Virus record (IMG/VR): IMGVR_UViG_3300031787_000074
Direction: 5' to 3' (one strand)
Source of the DNA: an uncultured virus (IMG/VR IMGVR_UViG_3300031787_000074)
Taxonomy: Duplodnaviria; Heunggongvirae; Uroviricota; Caudoviricetes
Length of the DNA stretch: 64,000 nucleotides
Shown here: one piece after another, positions 53,490 through 62,200 of the stretch
Layout of the letters: the number at the start of each line of letters is the position of its first letter
How positions within the stretch are numbered: the stretch's first letter is position 1
Position numbers and translations under genes: made by a program
Notes under the pieces: model-generated
Told to the model about the DNA's origin: nothing
Databases searched by the model: none
What the model saw: only the letters and a program-made list of their open reading frames with translations

Positions 53490-55390
53490 AGTACACCACC
53501 GTTATCAGTTGGCTTTATCACACCTTTTGGGTCGTATCCTTTTATCTTGCCTGTACTGCCAAAACCGACAGACTTAGCCAAAGAAGGCACGAACGAAGTA
53601 CCAGTCTCGTCAGAGATAGCTCCACTCCACGTGCCCTTCAATAAACCCTTTTGAAGATTTGACCCAAGCATTCTTGTCATCCAGTCTGGATCATACTGCA
53701 GGTTATCCAAACCTCGCAAGAAGTGAGGCTCTATTGGAGGAGGCTCATGGTGAGCTATCACTTCATTAATTCCGAAATCAGATAGTGTGTTTATAACTTT
53801 AGGAGTTACCCTGGTTCCTATCGTGTAGTGAAGGACAGGCCTTTCCAGGTACTTACCTTTTGCCGATTTTGTTGAAAGTTTCTGGTGTCCTGGCCTTGGC
53901 TGAAAAGTTTTCTCAAATAGATCGTAAGGAATAATGTCGTCAGGCATGAACTCTTCCAACTCGTCATTTAGCCTGACGTGGTTGATAAGCCCTCTAGATA
54001 GCATTTCAATATTTCTTCTATGCGCGCCCAGCCCAGCTTCTTTCATTGCGTCTCTAAAACTTAGAACAAACTGCCTTCTTCCTTCGCCTATTCCCTTGAA
54101 CTTTACAAATTCAGCAGGGTTTGGAAGGCCGTCACTAAGCACATCTCCAGCTTCTACCTCATCTCCTATTTTGAACTTCATCCCGGCTTCTGGATTTATG
54201 TAGTGAGGAACTTGTTTGATAAATATGAACTGCCCGCCGCTAGGAGCTTCGCGAACAGATTCTATTTTTCCATCTACTTGAGCATGAGTTGCCCAGTAAG
54301 GAGACTGCTTGGGACTTTGAATCAACTGATTTAGCTGCTTGAAGCCTGATATGGACTTACCGCCAGCAACTCCGCCGCTGTGTTTTGAGCTCAGGGTTCC
54401 TTGTGAGATTGGTTCGCTGAGTGCTTGCACCGCTGCAATGCCCACAAAGTCCCCAACAGCAGGTAAACCGCCACGCTCACGAACTCCAACATCTCTTGCA
54501 TACAAGCCTCCGTCAGGAGCTCCTGTGGCTACAGGACTTCTGACTACCATCTTGGTTATTCCACGGCTGAGAAGGTCTTTCATGACCTTTGGAGTTATCA
54601 GCGTGTTTTTCTTATAGCCGCCTACTGGAACAGACAGAAGTGATCCTTCGTTGTCAGAATCGTCAACATCAACAGGCATTCCTCTGCTGTCCGTATGCCC
54701 AGGATCTTCAGCGTCTCTGGCTGTGACTATGAGCCTGTGCCCTAACTGGTTTAGCTGTTTGGAAAAGAACCCAGAGTGTTGAACAGAGAACTTGGTATCA
54801 ACAACTCCCTTTCTGGCTCCGAAGCTTCCAGCAAAATACTCTGCTGGAGTTAGGCCTTTGGAGAAAGAGTTCAAAACTGGAATAGGAATAGGCCTGTCTC
54901 TGTGGTCTGTGTACAGTAAGTCTCCGCCTCTCAAAGACTTAAGGTTTGAAGGCTTGCCTCTTGAACCAGACAAAACCTGCAGAGCCAAAGGGCTGTGCTC
55001 AGCTTTGGACTCGTTAAGAATGGCGTCTTCTAGAGGCTTCTGATAACTAAGAACAGTTTTGACAATCTCGTCGTTCTTTTCTTTCTCTGGAAGGTTTCTT
55101 GCCTGTATGGCTTGTATTCTTTTCTTTATTTCTAAAGCAGCTTCCTTGCCTGATACTGACGTCCTTAGAGAATCAAGTCCGAAAGAGAATCCTCCGGTCT
55201 TGTAAGCTACATCTCTACCAACGTCAAATAACTTCTTAAGCACATCCCTGTAGCTGTCTGGATCCTTCTCAGCTATCTGCTGCATCACTTTTTGAACAGT
55301 CTTACCGTCAAGAATACGATTATAGTCTCGATAGCTCTGAGGAAGAGCTTCGTTAACTAGCAGCTGACCTACAGTAGTTCTGATAGACAT
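53486..55390 (-). CDS. rpoC: DNA-directed RNA polymerase beta' subunit, C-terminal half
   Basis: TTVGQ, SGSRG, SFSKGLTPAEYF..SFGARKGVVDT (bridge helix), GIAAVQALSEPISQGTLSSKHSGG (trigger loop), RNIEMLSR. Confidence 0.95.
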   Translation of the reverse strand: MSIRTTVGQLLVNEALPQSYRDYNRILDGKTVQKVMQQIAEKDPDSYRDVLKKLFDVGRDVAYKTGGFSFGLDSLRTSVSGKEAALEIKKRIQAIQARNLPEKEKNDEIVKTVLSYQKPLEDAILNESKAEHSPLALQVLSGSRGKPSNLKSLRGGDLLYTDHRDRPIPIPVLNSFSKGLTPAEYFAGSFGARKGVVDTKFSVQHSGFFSKQLNQLGHRLIVTARDAEDPGHTDSRGMPVDVDDSDNEGSLLSVPVGGYKKNTLITPKVMKDLLSRGITKMVVRSPVATGAPDGGLYARDVGVRERGGLPAVGDFVGIAAVQALSEPISQGTLSSKHSGGVAGGKSISGFKQLNQLIQSPKQSPYWATHAQVDGKIESVREAPSGGQFIFIKQVPHYINPEAGMKFKIGDEVEAGDVLSDGLPNPAEFVKFKGIGEGRRQFVLSFRDAMKEAGLGAHRRNIEMLSRGLINHVRLNDELEEFMPDDIIPYDLFEKTFQPRPGHQKLSTKSAKGKYLERPVLHYTIGTRVTPKVINTLSDFGINEVIAHHEPPPIEPHFLRGLDNLQYDPDWMTRMLGSNLQKGLLKGTWSGAISDETGTSFVPSLAKSVGFGSTGKIKGYDPKGVIKPTDNGGVL

Positions 55391-55614
55391 CAGATATTGA
55401 TCTCTTGGACATCGACGTCTGATTTAATGCCAAGTTTAGAGAGAATAGAATCAAACAAACCATTATCGCCTTTCTTGGCCTTGTACAAAGTGATTGTCCC
55501 AGGAGCTAGCTCAAGAACAACGATAATAGGCTGGCCAAAGCTATCGCGAATGACCAGCCTAGTAGCTTCTGCTTCTCCTGAAGATTGAAAACCGTTGTGA
55601 TATTCCAGCTTCAA
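55390..55614 (-). CDS. Small hypothetical protein coupled to the beta'(C) gene
   Basis: 74 aa; TTG start with GGGG SD; its stop overlaps the beta'(C) start (TGATG). Confidence 0.55.
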   Translation of the reverse strand: MKLEYHNGFQSSGEAEATRLVIRDSFGQPIIVVLELAPGTITLYKAKKGDNGLFDSILSKLGIKSDVDVQEINI

Positions 55615-55624
55615 AGCTTCCCCT

Positions 55625-56356
55625 TTATCGTTTGAATCCCATTGCGTTGATCAAGCAGCGAACAGCTTCGGTTTTGTCTTTCAAGCTTGCTTCCTTCTTT
55701 CCGCCGATTGGATCAATTGGCTTGATAGGAGGAATGCCGCCAACGCTGGCATCGCTTCCTTGTTCTTTTGAAGGAACAACCGGCTCTTGAGCGTCTTCGC
55801 CTTCTGGTGCGGGCTTATCGAGAATGTCGTAAGGAAGATTTAGGCCTAGGCTTTCGTACAGATTGATTAGCAACTTTTGTTGCCTTTCCATGTACTCAAG
55901 CATCTGCGCGGGATCTACCTTGCCGCCGCCTTTTGCCTTTGGCTTTGCTGCCCCGTCAGGAGAAGCTCCGCCGAGAGCTGCCTGCACGGCATCAGTAACC
56001 ATTTTCTTTATGTCATCAGGAGAAGGGGCTGGAGGAGCGCCGCCCATAGCCGCTGGATCCATAGGCGGAGCACCGCCCATCATAGCTGGGTCCATAGGAG
56101 GAGCTCCGCCGCCACCCATGGCAGCCATCATTGCTGGATCCATAGGAGGAGCACCGCCCATCATGGAAGGATCCATTGGTGGAGCGCCTGGAGGAGCAGC
56201 TCCCATCATGGCTGGGTCCATAGGAGGAGCTCCGCCGGCAGCGGCTTGGTCCATGGGAGGAGCGCCAGGAGGAGCGCCACCGCCAGGAGGAACAAAAGCG
56301 TTCTTCAGAGCCATAGCCCTTTTGACTTCTTGTAGCAAAATTGGATTGATAGGCAT
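55625..56356 (-). CDS. Pro/Gly/Met-rich repeat protein with K-x-A leader
   Basis: Start moved to ATG 56356 (GGAG). VKRAMALKNA leader, six APPMD repeats, C-terminal KKEAS. Confidence 0.65.
   Translation of the reverse strand: MPINPILLQEVKRAMALKNAFVPPGGGAPPGAPPMDQAAAGGAPPMDPAMMGAAPPGAPPMDPSMMGGAPPMDPAMMAAMGGGGAPPMDPAMMGGAPPMDPAAMGGAPPAPSPDDIKKMVTDAVQAALGGASPDGAAKPKAKGGGKVDPAQMLEYMERQQKLLINLYESLGLNLPYDILDKPAPEGEDAQEPVVPSKEQGSDASVGGIPPIKPIDPIGGKKEASLKDKTEAVRCLINAMGFKR
56030..56290 (-). repeat. Imperfect coding tandem repeat (GG)APPMDP(A/S)MM x6
   Basis: Six APPMD units in the translation; synonymous variation between units at DNA level. Confidence 0.85.
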
Positions 56357-56375
56357 TGATAGCTCCGTATTTAAA

Positions 56376-57341
56376 TTATCTAGCTCCCGCGCCGATCGGC
56401 CCAGAATGACCTTTTTCAAACTTATCAAGAAAATGACTCATAGCCCAGTTGTATTCGTCGCTAGACAAAGGCCGTCCGTACATTTGATTGAATACTTGCC
56501 GAGCTGGAGCCATAGGAACTCTGTTAGCGTAAGTCCTATTCCTTGGATCAGGAGCGCTGACGCCAGCATAGAAGTTAGGAATCATAAAATCGTTATCTTT
56601 GTCCTGAAACTTGTCAGGCATCTTAGAGTTTTTAAGCGCAGAAGATTCAAACATCTGCCTATGAGGGTGATAGCTCAAAGAAGCCCCGTAGCTGCCTTCA
56701 GGAAAGGGCTGAGGCTCAAGAGTTGTGCCTCCGGCATTGACCGTAAGCATCTGAGACAAGTTCTTATTTGAGCTAGGAGCTCTTCTGCTCTGGCTAAGCA
56801 TAGCCTTGTTGTTTGCTGAAGCCATCTCCTGAGGGCTCATGGTTGGAGGAACCATGTTTGGAACGCCTCTATTGCCTGCAGGGGCTACAGCCGAAGGAGG
56901 ACGGCTTGGAGTGGTTACAGGCCTACTGGGCGTTGGAGCAGATATAGCTCCAGGAAGACTAGCTGGACTTACAGCTGGGCTAGGCGCTGCTGGAGTCATT
57001 CCTGGAACTGTGGGAGATACTGACCCAGGAAGGGCAGATGGAGTAACTGGAGGAGTAGGAGCTGGAAGGCTGCTACTCCTCAGATGGTTTTGCAAAGAAG
57101 CCAAGGCGTCTTGGTTCATCCTGGCCATATGTGCCACTTCTGCGTCTTGCCTAGCCCTGTGCGCGGTAGCACTGGATTGGGCATTTCTAAGATGGCCAGC
57201 TATGGTGTTACCAGACACGTCGGTTAGAGGAGCCGTTGACGGAGTTGCCGGAGTGGCTGGAGTTCCTGAGTCTTGAGCCGCTTTAATCATGTGTTTGGCT
57301 AAAGCGGCCTTAACCATAATCAACTTAAATGTGTCAATCAC
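56376..57341 (-). CDS. Leader-bearing Pro/Ser/Thr-rich low-complexity protein
   Basis: 321 aa; GTG start with GGAG SD; FKLIMVKAALAKHMIKAA leader. Confidence 0.65.
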   Translation of the reverse strand: MIDTFKLIMVKAALAKHMIKAAQDSGTPATPATPSTAPLTDVSGNTIAGHLRNAQSSATAHRARQDAEVAHMARMNQDALASLQNHLRSSSLPAPTPPVTPSALPGSVSPTVPGMTPAAPSPAVSPASLPGAISAPTPSRPVTTPSRPPSAVAPAGNRGVPNMVPPTMSPQEMASANNKAMLSQSRRAPSSNKNLSQMLTVNAGGTTLEPQPFPEGSYGASLSYHPHRQMFESSALKNSKMPDKFQDKDNDFMIPNFYAGVSAPDPRNRTYANRVPMAPARQVFNQMYGRPLSSDEYNWAMSHFLDKFEKGHSGPIGAGAR

Positions 57342-57364
57342 GGCTTCTCCTTGTTCTTATAAAC

Positions 57365-58123
57365 TTATTTGTTTCTAGCTACGCCTGGCATGTCTACGTT
57401 TAGCTTCGATGGAGACGTGCTAAAAGGAGTTTGAACTGGAGGGAAGACAGAGGATGGTCTAGAGGATGCTATGTTTCTCTGCCCTTGCGCAGCCCTGCCT
57501 TGCTGATAGTTGGCGTATTCATTTGGCATTATACTTCTGCCACCTGCAGCCACGCCCACAGGATTTTGAAAAGCCTCTGGGTCAATCAAAGCTGTTCCCA
57601 TTCGGTCTAGCATGGGAGAACCGCTATTCTGCCCCAAAGAAGCTAAGTAGCCTAGAGGACTGGAGCTAGCGTGTTCCACGTGCTTCTTTATGGTCGCAGC
57701 GTTATCTATTGCTGACCTTCCAAAGTTAGCTGCGCCAGAAGCCGCGTTAGCCAGATAGCTTCCAGCATCTCTCATGCTGTTTCTTACATTCTCAGACCTA
57801 GTTAAGTCGTCTAGAGCTCTGGCCGTAGCGTAATCCGGAGCAGCCATGCTGGCTCCGGGTTTTAGACCTGTTACAAGCTGCCCTCTTCCTAGAGCCTGCT
57901 GTCTACGATTGGCTTGAATAGCCAAGTCGGCAGAAGTAGGACCAGAAGTAGGAGGCACTCTAGAAGAAGCTATAGCCTTGTCTACAGAAGTAGGAGCGGG
58001 CTTAGGCGCATTAACGCTAGCAGGGTTAGGTCCTTCTGGAGGAAAAACAGGAGGAGCGGCCTGTTTAATTAACTTAGCCGCTGCCTCTTTTACCTGCTGA
58101 ATAGCCTTGTAGTTGAAAGCCAT
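57365..58123 (-). CDS. Leader-bearing low-complexity protein (MAFNYKAI family)
   Basis: 252 aa; MAFNYKAIQQVKEAAAKLIKQAA. Confidence 0.7.
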   Translation of the reverse strand: MAFNYKAIQQVKEAAAKLIKQAAPPVFPPEGPNPASVNAPKPAPTSVDKAIASSRVPPTSGPTSADLAIQANRRQQALGRGQLVTGLKPGASMAAPDYATARALDDLTRSENVRNSMRDAGSYLANAASGAANFGRSAIDNAATIKKHVEHASSSPLGYLASLGQNSGSPMLDRMGTALIDPEAFQNPVGVAAGGRSIMPNEYANYQQGRAAQGQRNIASSRPSSVFPPVQTPFSTSPSKLNVDMPGVARNK

Positions 58124-58131
58124 CTTAGTAT
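58100..58131. repeat. 32-bp direct repeat copy 1 (gene start and leader)
   Basis: AATAGCCTTGTAGTTGAAAGCCATCTTAGTAT, identical to 58580-58611. Confidence 0.9.
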
Positions 58132-58165
58132 CCTCAGGGTTAGAGCTTTAAAAACTACTAAAAAA

Positions 58166-58603
58166 TTACTTAGATAACCTAGCTTTAGGTAATCCGTACA
58201 ACTCATCTTCTATATTTTTTGGCATGGGCAGCGCGAAATTGCTAGTTGGAACCGAATAAACTCCTCTTGGCTGGTAGTGCATGGCTCTGCGAGCCATGTC
58301 CAGGGTAGTAGGCGATGTTAGCATGTTCTCTACTTGAGCTCTATCTTTACCTATGGACACCGCGTCTTCTTTTTTCCCAGACTCCAAAGCTTTAATTTGC
58401 TTTTCTAAAAGTCTCTTAGCGAAGTCTTTTTGAATATCAATAAAGTTACTCATACCCTGGTCATTTGGATAATTTCTAGCGGCAAGACCGGCGTCTCCTG
58501 GAGCTCCTAGAGTAGATTTAAGTTTTACTGCTTCATTTTTATCTGCAGATAATTTAACTGCAGCTTTTTTAACTTGTTCAATAGCCTTGTAGTTGAAAGC
58601 CAT
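58166..58603 (-). CDS. Leader-bearing protein (MAFNYKAI family)
   Basis: 145 aa; MAFNYKAIEQVKKAAVKLSA. Confidence 0.7.
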   Translation of the reverse strand: MAFNYKAIEQVKKAAVKLSADKNEAVKLKSTLGAPGDAGLAARNYPNDQGMSNFIDIQKDFAKRLLEKQIKALESGKKEDAVSIGKDRAQVENMLTSPTTLDMARRAMHYQPRGVYSVPTSNFALPMPKNIEDELYGLPKARLSK

Positions 58604-58611
58604 CTTAGTAT
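58580..58611. repeat. 32-bp direct repeat copy 2
   Basis: Identical to 58100-58131. Confidence 0.9.
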
Positions 58612-58658
58612 TCCTAACTTTAAAACTGCGTTGGCTACGGAAGTAAAACGTATCTAGA

Positions 58659-58687
58659 AGTATAAACTGCTTTATAGCTTACAGCAA
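58659..58687 (-). promoter_or_regulatory. Candidate sigma70-type promoter
   Basis: TTGCTG-17 bp-TATACT upstream of 58603. Confidence 0.5.
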
Positions 58688-58726
58688 TCAGCCTTTTACT
58701 AACAATTTTTACCTTGGCTTTTACCA

Positions 58727-59197
58727 TTAATACCCGTAGTTAACTTTACCTGTGCCAAGACTTGGCAAACCTACGCCTTTTAGAAAAGCTTGCCTATGCA
58801 AATTGTTGAATGGAGTTTTTGACAATTCTGTCGGTAACGTTTGATAAGTAGGGTATGGAACAATTTGACGATAGTTTTCTGATCCAGGCATGGAGTATTG
58901 ATACGGGTTTACGGGTTTATTTAGCGCCTCTGTACTGGCTGCGTGTCGCGTTTCTGGAAGATTTCTAGAGCCTTCCAACATTTTTTGTTTTCTTTCTGTT
59001 TCAGAAAGCCACTTTATGCCAGGCTCAGGCGCTTTTTGATAAGTAGGAAGACCTATAGCGTCTCCTCCGTAACCTGGAGGAATAATTTGCGGTTTAGTCG
59101 CACTGCTGGCAGTAGGTTTTAAAGTAGCCGCAGATTCAGCAGCCCTTTTTGCCAGAGCTTCTTTAACCATTGAAATAGCTTTGTAATTAAAAGGCAT
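58727..59197 (-). CDS. Leader-bearing protein (MPFNYKAI family)
   Basis: 156 aa; MPFNYKAISMVKEALAKRAA. Confidence 0.7.
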   Translation of the reverse strand: MPFNYKAISMVKEALAKRAAESAATLKPTASSATKPQIIPPGYGGDAIGLPTYQKAPEPGIKWLSETERKQKMLEGSRNLPETRHAASTEALNKPVNPYQYSMPGSENYRQIVPYPTYQTLPTELSKTPFNNLHRQAFLKGVGLPSLGTGKVNYGY

Positions 59198-59200
59198 GGC

Positions 59201-59246
59201 TTCACCCTAGTTTACACCCTAGTTTTCACCCTAGTTTTCACCCTAG
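59201..59246. repeat. 12-bp tandem repeat (TTTTCACCCTAG), about 4 copies
   Basis: ttcaccctag tttacaccctag ttttcaccctag ttttcaccctag fills the space between the RNAP stop and the next start. Confidence 0.9.
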
Positions 59247-62200
59247 CTGTTTAGAATTACCACTTTCTGATCAGGCCCAATTTCTCCTGACTTATAAGCC
59301 CTGATTGCGTCGGCTTTTGTGGCAAAATACCGTTCTGGTTTATTAGACACGAAGGCCGTTGCCTGATAAAGACCGCCTTGATACTCGTTCTTTGGCAGCT
59401 GGTGAACTTTAAACGTTTTAGTTGATAGCAAATTCTTGCTAGGCAACATCTTTTCAAGAGCGTCTTTGACAGCTCCATCAGACACAGGAACGTGGTAGTT
59501 CATGGTGTCGCCATCAAAGTCGGCACCAAATCCCGTAACCACAGCTGGGCATAACTGCATTGTTTCGTTGTCTACAAGTATTGGCTTGAAGGCCATAACG
59601 CCATACCTGTGAAGAACTGGAGCTCTGTTGATAATCACAGGCCTGTCGTTCATCTCTTGCTGCATAGCTGTCAGAGCTAACTTGTCTTTGTTCTGCACAA
59701 GTTCTGCTGCCCTAATCGGAGAAACTCCTTGTCTGGCCAGTCTTCTTACAATAAATGGTTTATATATTTCCCAAGCTTTGTTGATAGGAATGCCTACTTG
59801 ATCTAAATCCAGATTGGCGTTTGGAGAGATAACGCCTCTGCCAACAACGTCTACTGTCGTGCTTAGCAACTTGCGCTGCATAACAGAGAACTTAGGATTA
59901 TCGCCAAACACGTATTTGAGAACGCCTTTGACTCCGCGCTCTTGGTTCTTGGGACTTATTGGATCACCAAGTCCCGTGACTGCTTTGAATGACCTATATA
60001 GAGCTAAGCGCTCATCTCCAACTTCGTTGGATATTCTTCTGGTTTCTTTCAAAGCCTGGTTAGCTTCAAAAGCTTCCTTATACAGGTAATTAGGATCAGC
60101 CACCAAAGGTCTGTCGCCAGATCCCATAACAGCCACAGGGCGGAATATTGGTGGAAGGACTGGAATCTTGTCCATCATCCAATCTTTTGGATGCATCTTC
60201 AGCCTTTGGGTGTGTTTCAGAATCGCCCAGCGCTTTAGAGCTGCATCTTTCGATGACTTCTTCGAGTTTCTCCATTCTGTTTCTGCTCTCTTTGTTGCCT
60301 CGTTGATGTCAATTCTTTCCAAAGACTTCTTTATAGCCTCTGGACCGGACATTTCATTGAACGTCTCTTTTCCAGAAAGTATGGCGTTGAACCTGTTTTG
60401 AGTCAGGCCGAGTATTCTGCGAATAGGCTCTTCCATGACAGGATTGGGCAAAGGCTCAGCTAACTTTATGTAGCTCCATCTATTTCCTCCATGTCCTCCT
60501 GTTGTTGATTCGTCAAACAATCCTCCCTTTATGGGCTTCAAGCCTTCCTTCCAGTCCACAGTTTCAGGAGAAGTTATTTCCCTTCCTGCAGCTAATTGGT
60601 CTATATCCTTGTTGGTCAAGGCCATGATCTGAATTCTTGGCCCAGTTCTTATTGGGTTTATGCCTGCAGACCTGAGTTGTTCAAAGAACTTATGGTATAC
60701 GAGAGGAATTCTTGGCTCAGGAGGAGTTCTACCGGACATGAATGCTGCCCAGTAGTCTTGATTTTTTTGTCCTCTAATAGCTCCGGCATCGGTAAGAACA
60801 TCCAAAGCTCCATGGGAAAGAAGGGCGTTGTTGTCAGCAAGGCTTACGCGCTTGCTTCCCATTGGACCGCCTTTAGCTGGAGATTCCTCAGAGGTGTAAG
60901 AACCCAAACCACGACCAGAGCCTTTGCTCTCAGCCATGTGGTGCAACTTCATGAAGAAGCGATTTCCTGTGAATACGTCCCTTATTTTTGTGCTGTCTAT
61001 TGGATCCAGTATGTCTTCCCTGTCAGACATGTTGTGCTTGGATAGTTCTTTTTTGGCGAACTCTATCATGTCTTCTATGTCAGAAAAGTCTTTTACGGCG
61101 TATCTCTTACCGTGCTTTTCAGCTATTTTTCCCAGAACCGCTTCTACCATCTGACCAGGATTTGTTCTGGAAATAATGCCCAAGGGGTTTACCAGAACCT
61201 CAAAAGGTCTTCCGTCGCTATCTACAGGCATGTGGTTGTCTGGAACTATCTCAGAAATTACTCCCTTGTCTCCATACCTTCCAGAAAGCTTGTCGCCAAC
61301 CTGCATTTGGGAGTAGCTCTTTACTGTTACGACTACGCCTTTCCTGGTTTTCTCTACGTCTGTAACCACTCCTTTGTCGTGATGATCCCAAGTTACAGTG
61401 CTGTCTGAAAAAGTAGGAGCCTTGCCTCTGGTTATTTGATTGTGCGCCAGCTCTTTCTGCTTAACCTGAAGAATAAGAGGAGTATCGGCATTTACTATTG
61501 AGCCCTTCTTGATTACTCCGTCCTCATCCATGTTGTCCAGGATGGCTTTGTCGTAAGTGCCTGGGAACATGGATATAAAAGTTTTCTTTCCGTATTTGGC
61601 GTTATCCTCAAACTCCACGTCGTTTTGATACATGTGTTCTGAGGAAAGACGCTTGGCAGCTGCCTCAGATATAACTATGGCGTCTTCAAAGTTCTGACCT
61701 TTATAGGGAATGTAGGCAGTACGCATGTTCAGACCCAAAGCCGTAGCGCCTTTGGCGTCTGTAAAGTTAGACCTGGCAATAAGAGTATTCTTCTTTACCA
61801 TGTCTCCAGGCATAACTACAGGCGTGTTATGAAGATAAGTCTTTCTGTTGTAAGGAAGGTTGTCATGTATTTCTTTAACATGCACCTTGCCATCAGATCC
61901 CTTTATGTGAATCTCTTCTGGAGTAACCTTAACAACTTGTCCTTCTACGTCGGAATGTACCGCGCCCATGTACTTGCCGTATCTTTCCTCATACGACTCG
62001 TCATCAGGACCTGGAACACCTGACTGAACAAACGGGGATTCGGCGTTTGCAATAGGCAAAGCCTGTGTAAGCATTCTCGCGCCCATCATCACGCGCTGGC
62101 CTTTGATGGTGGATTTGAGAGGAATCATGTTTACCAGAGGATTGAACGAGTCTTCCATGTGTGGAAGAACGTATTCAACCTGGTTCTTTGGAACATATTT

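Noticed and set aside
55863..56771. Plus-strand ORFs (e.g. 55863-56771, 12672-13274, 41619-42104, 22947-23405)
   Set aside because: They are antisense shadows of well-supported minus-strand genes and contain no recognisable motifs.
58635..58727. 30-aa ORF MVKAKVKIVS... coupled to the upstream stop
   Set aside because: It is too short to support and overlaps a candidate promoter; left uncalled.
55391..59242. Intron or intein explaining the gap between the RNAP halves
   Set aside because: The gap is filled with ordinary ORFs with their own SD sites. No intein terminal motifs or intron-like non-coding sequence are seen.
58100..59246. CRISPR array
   Set aside because: There are only two 32-bp copies, 480 bp apart and overlapping gene starts; the 12-bp repeats have no spacers; no cas genes are present.
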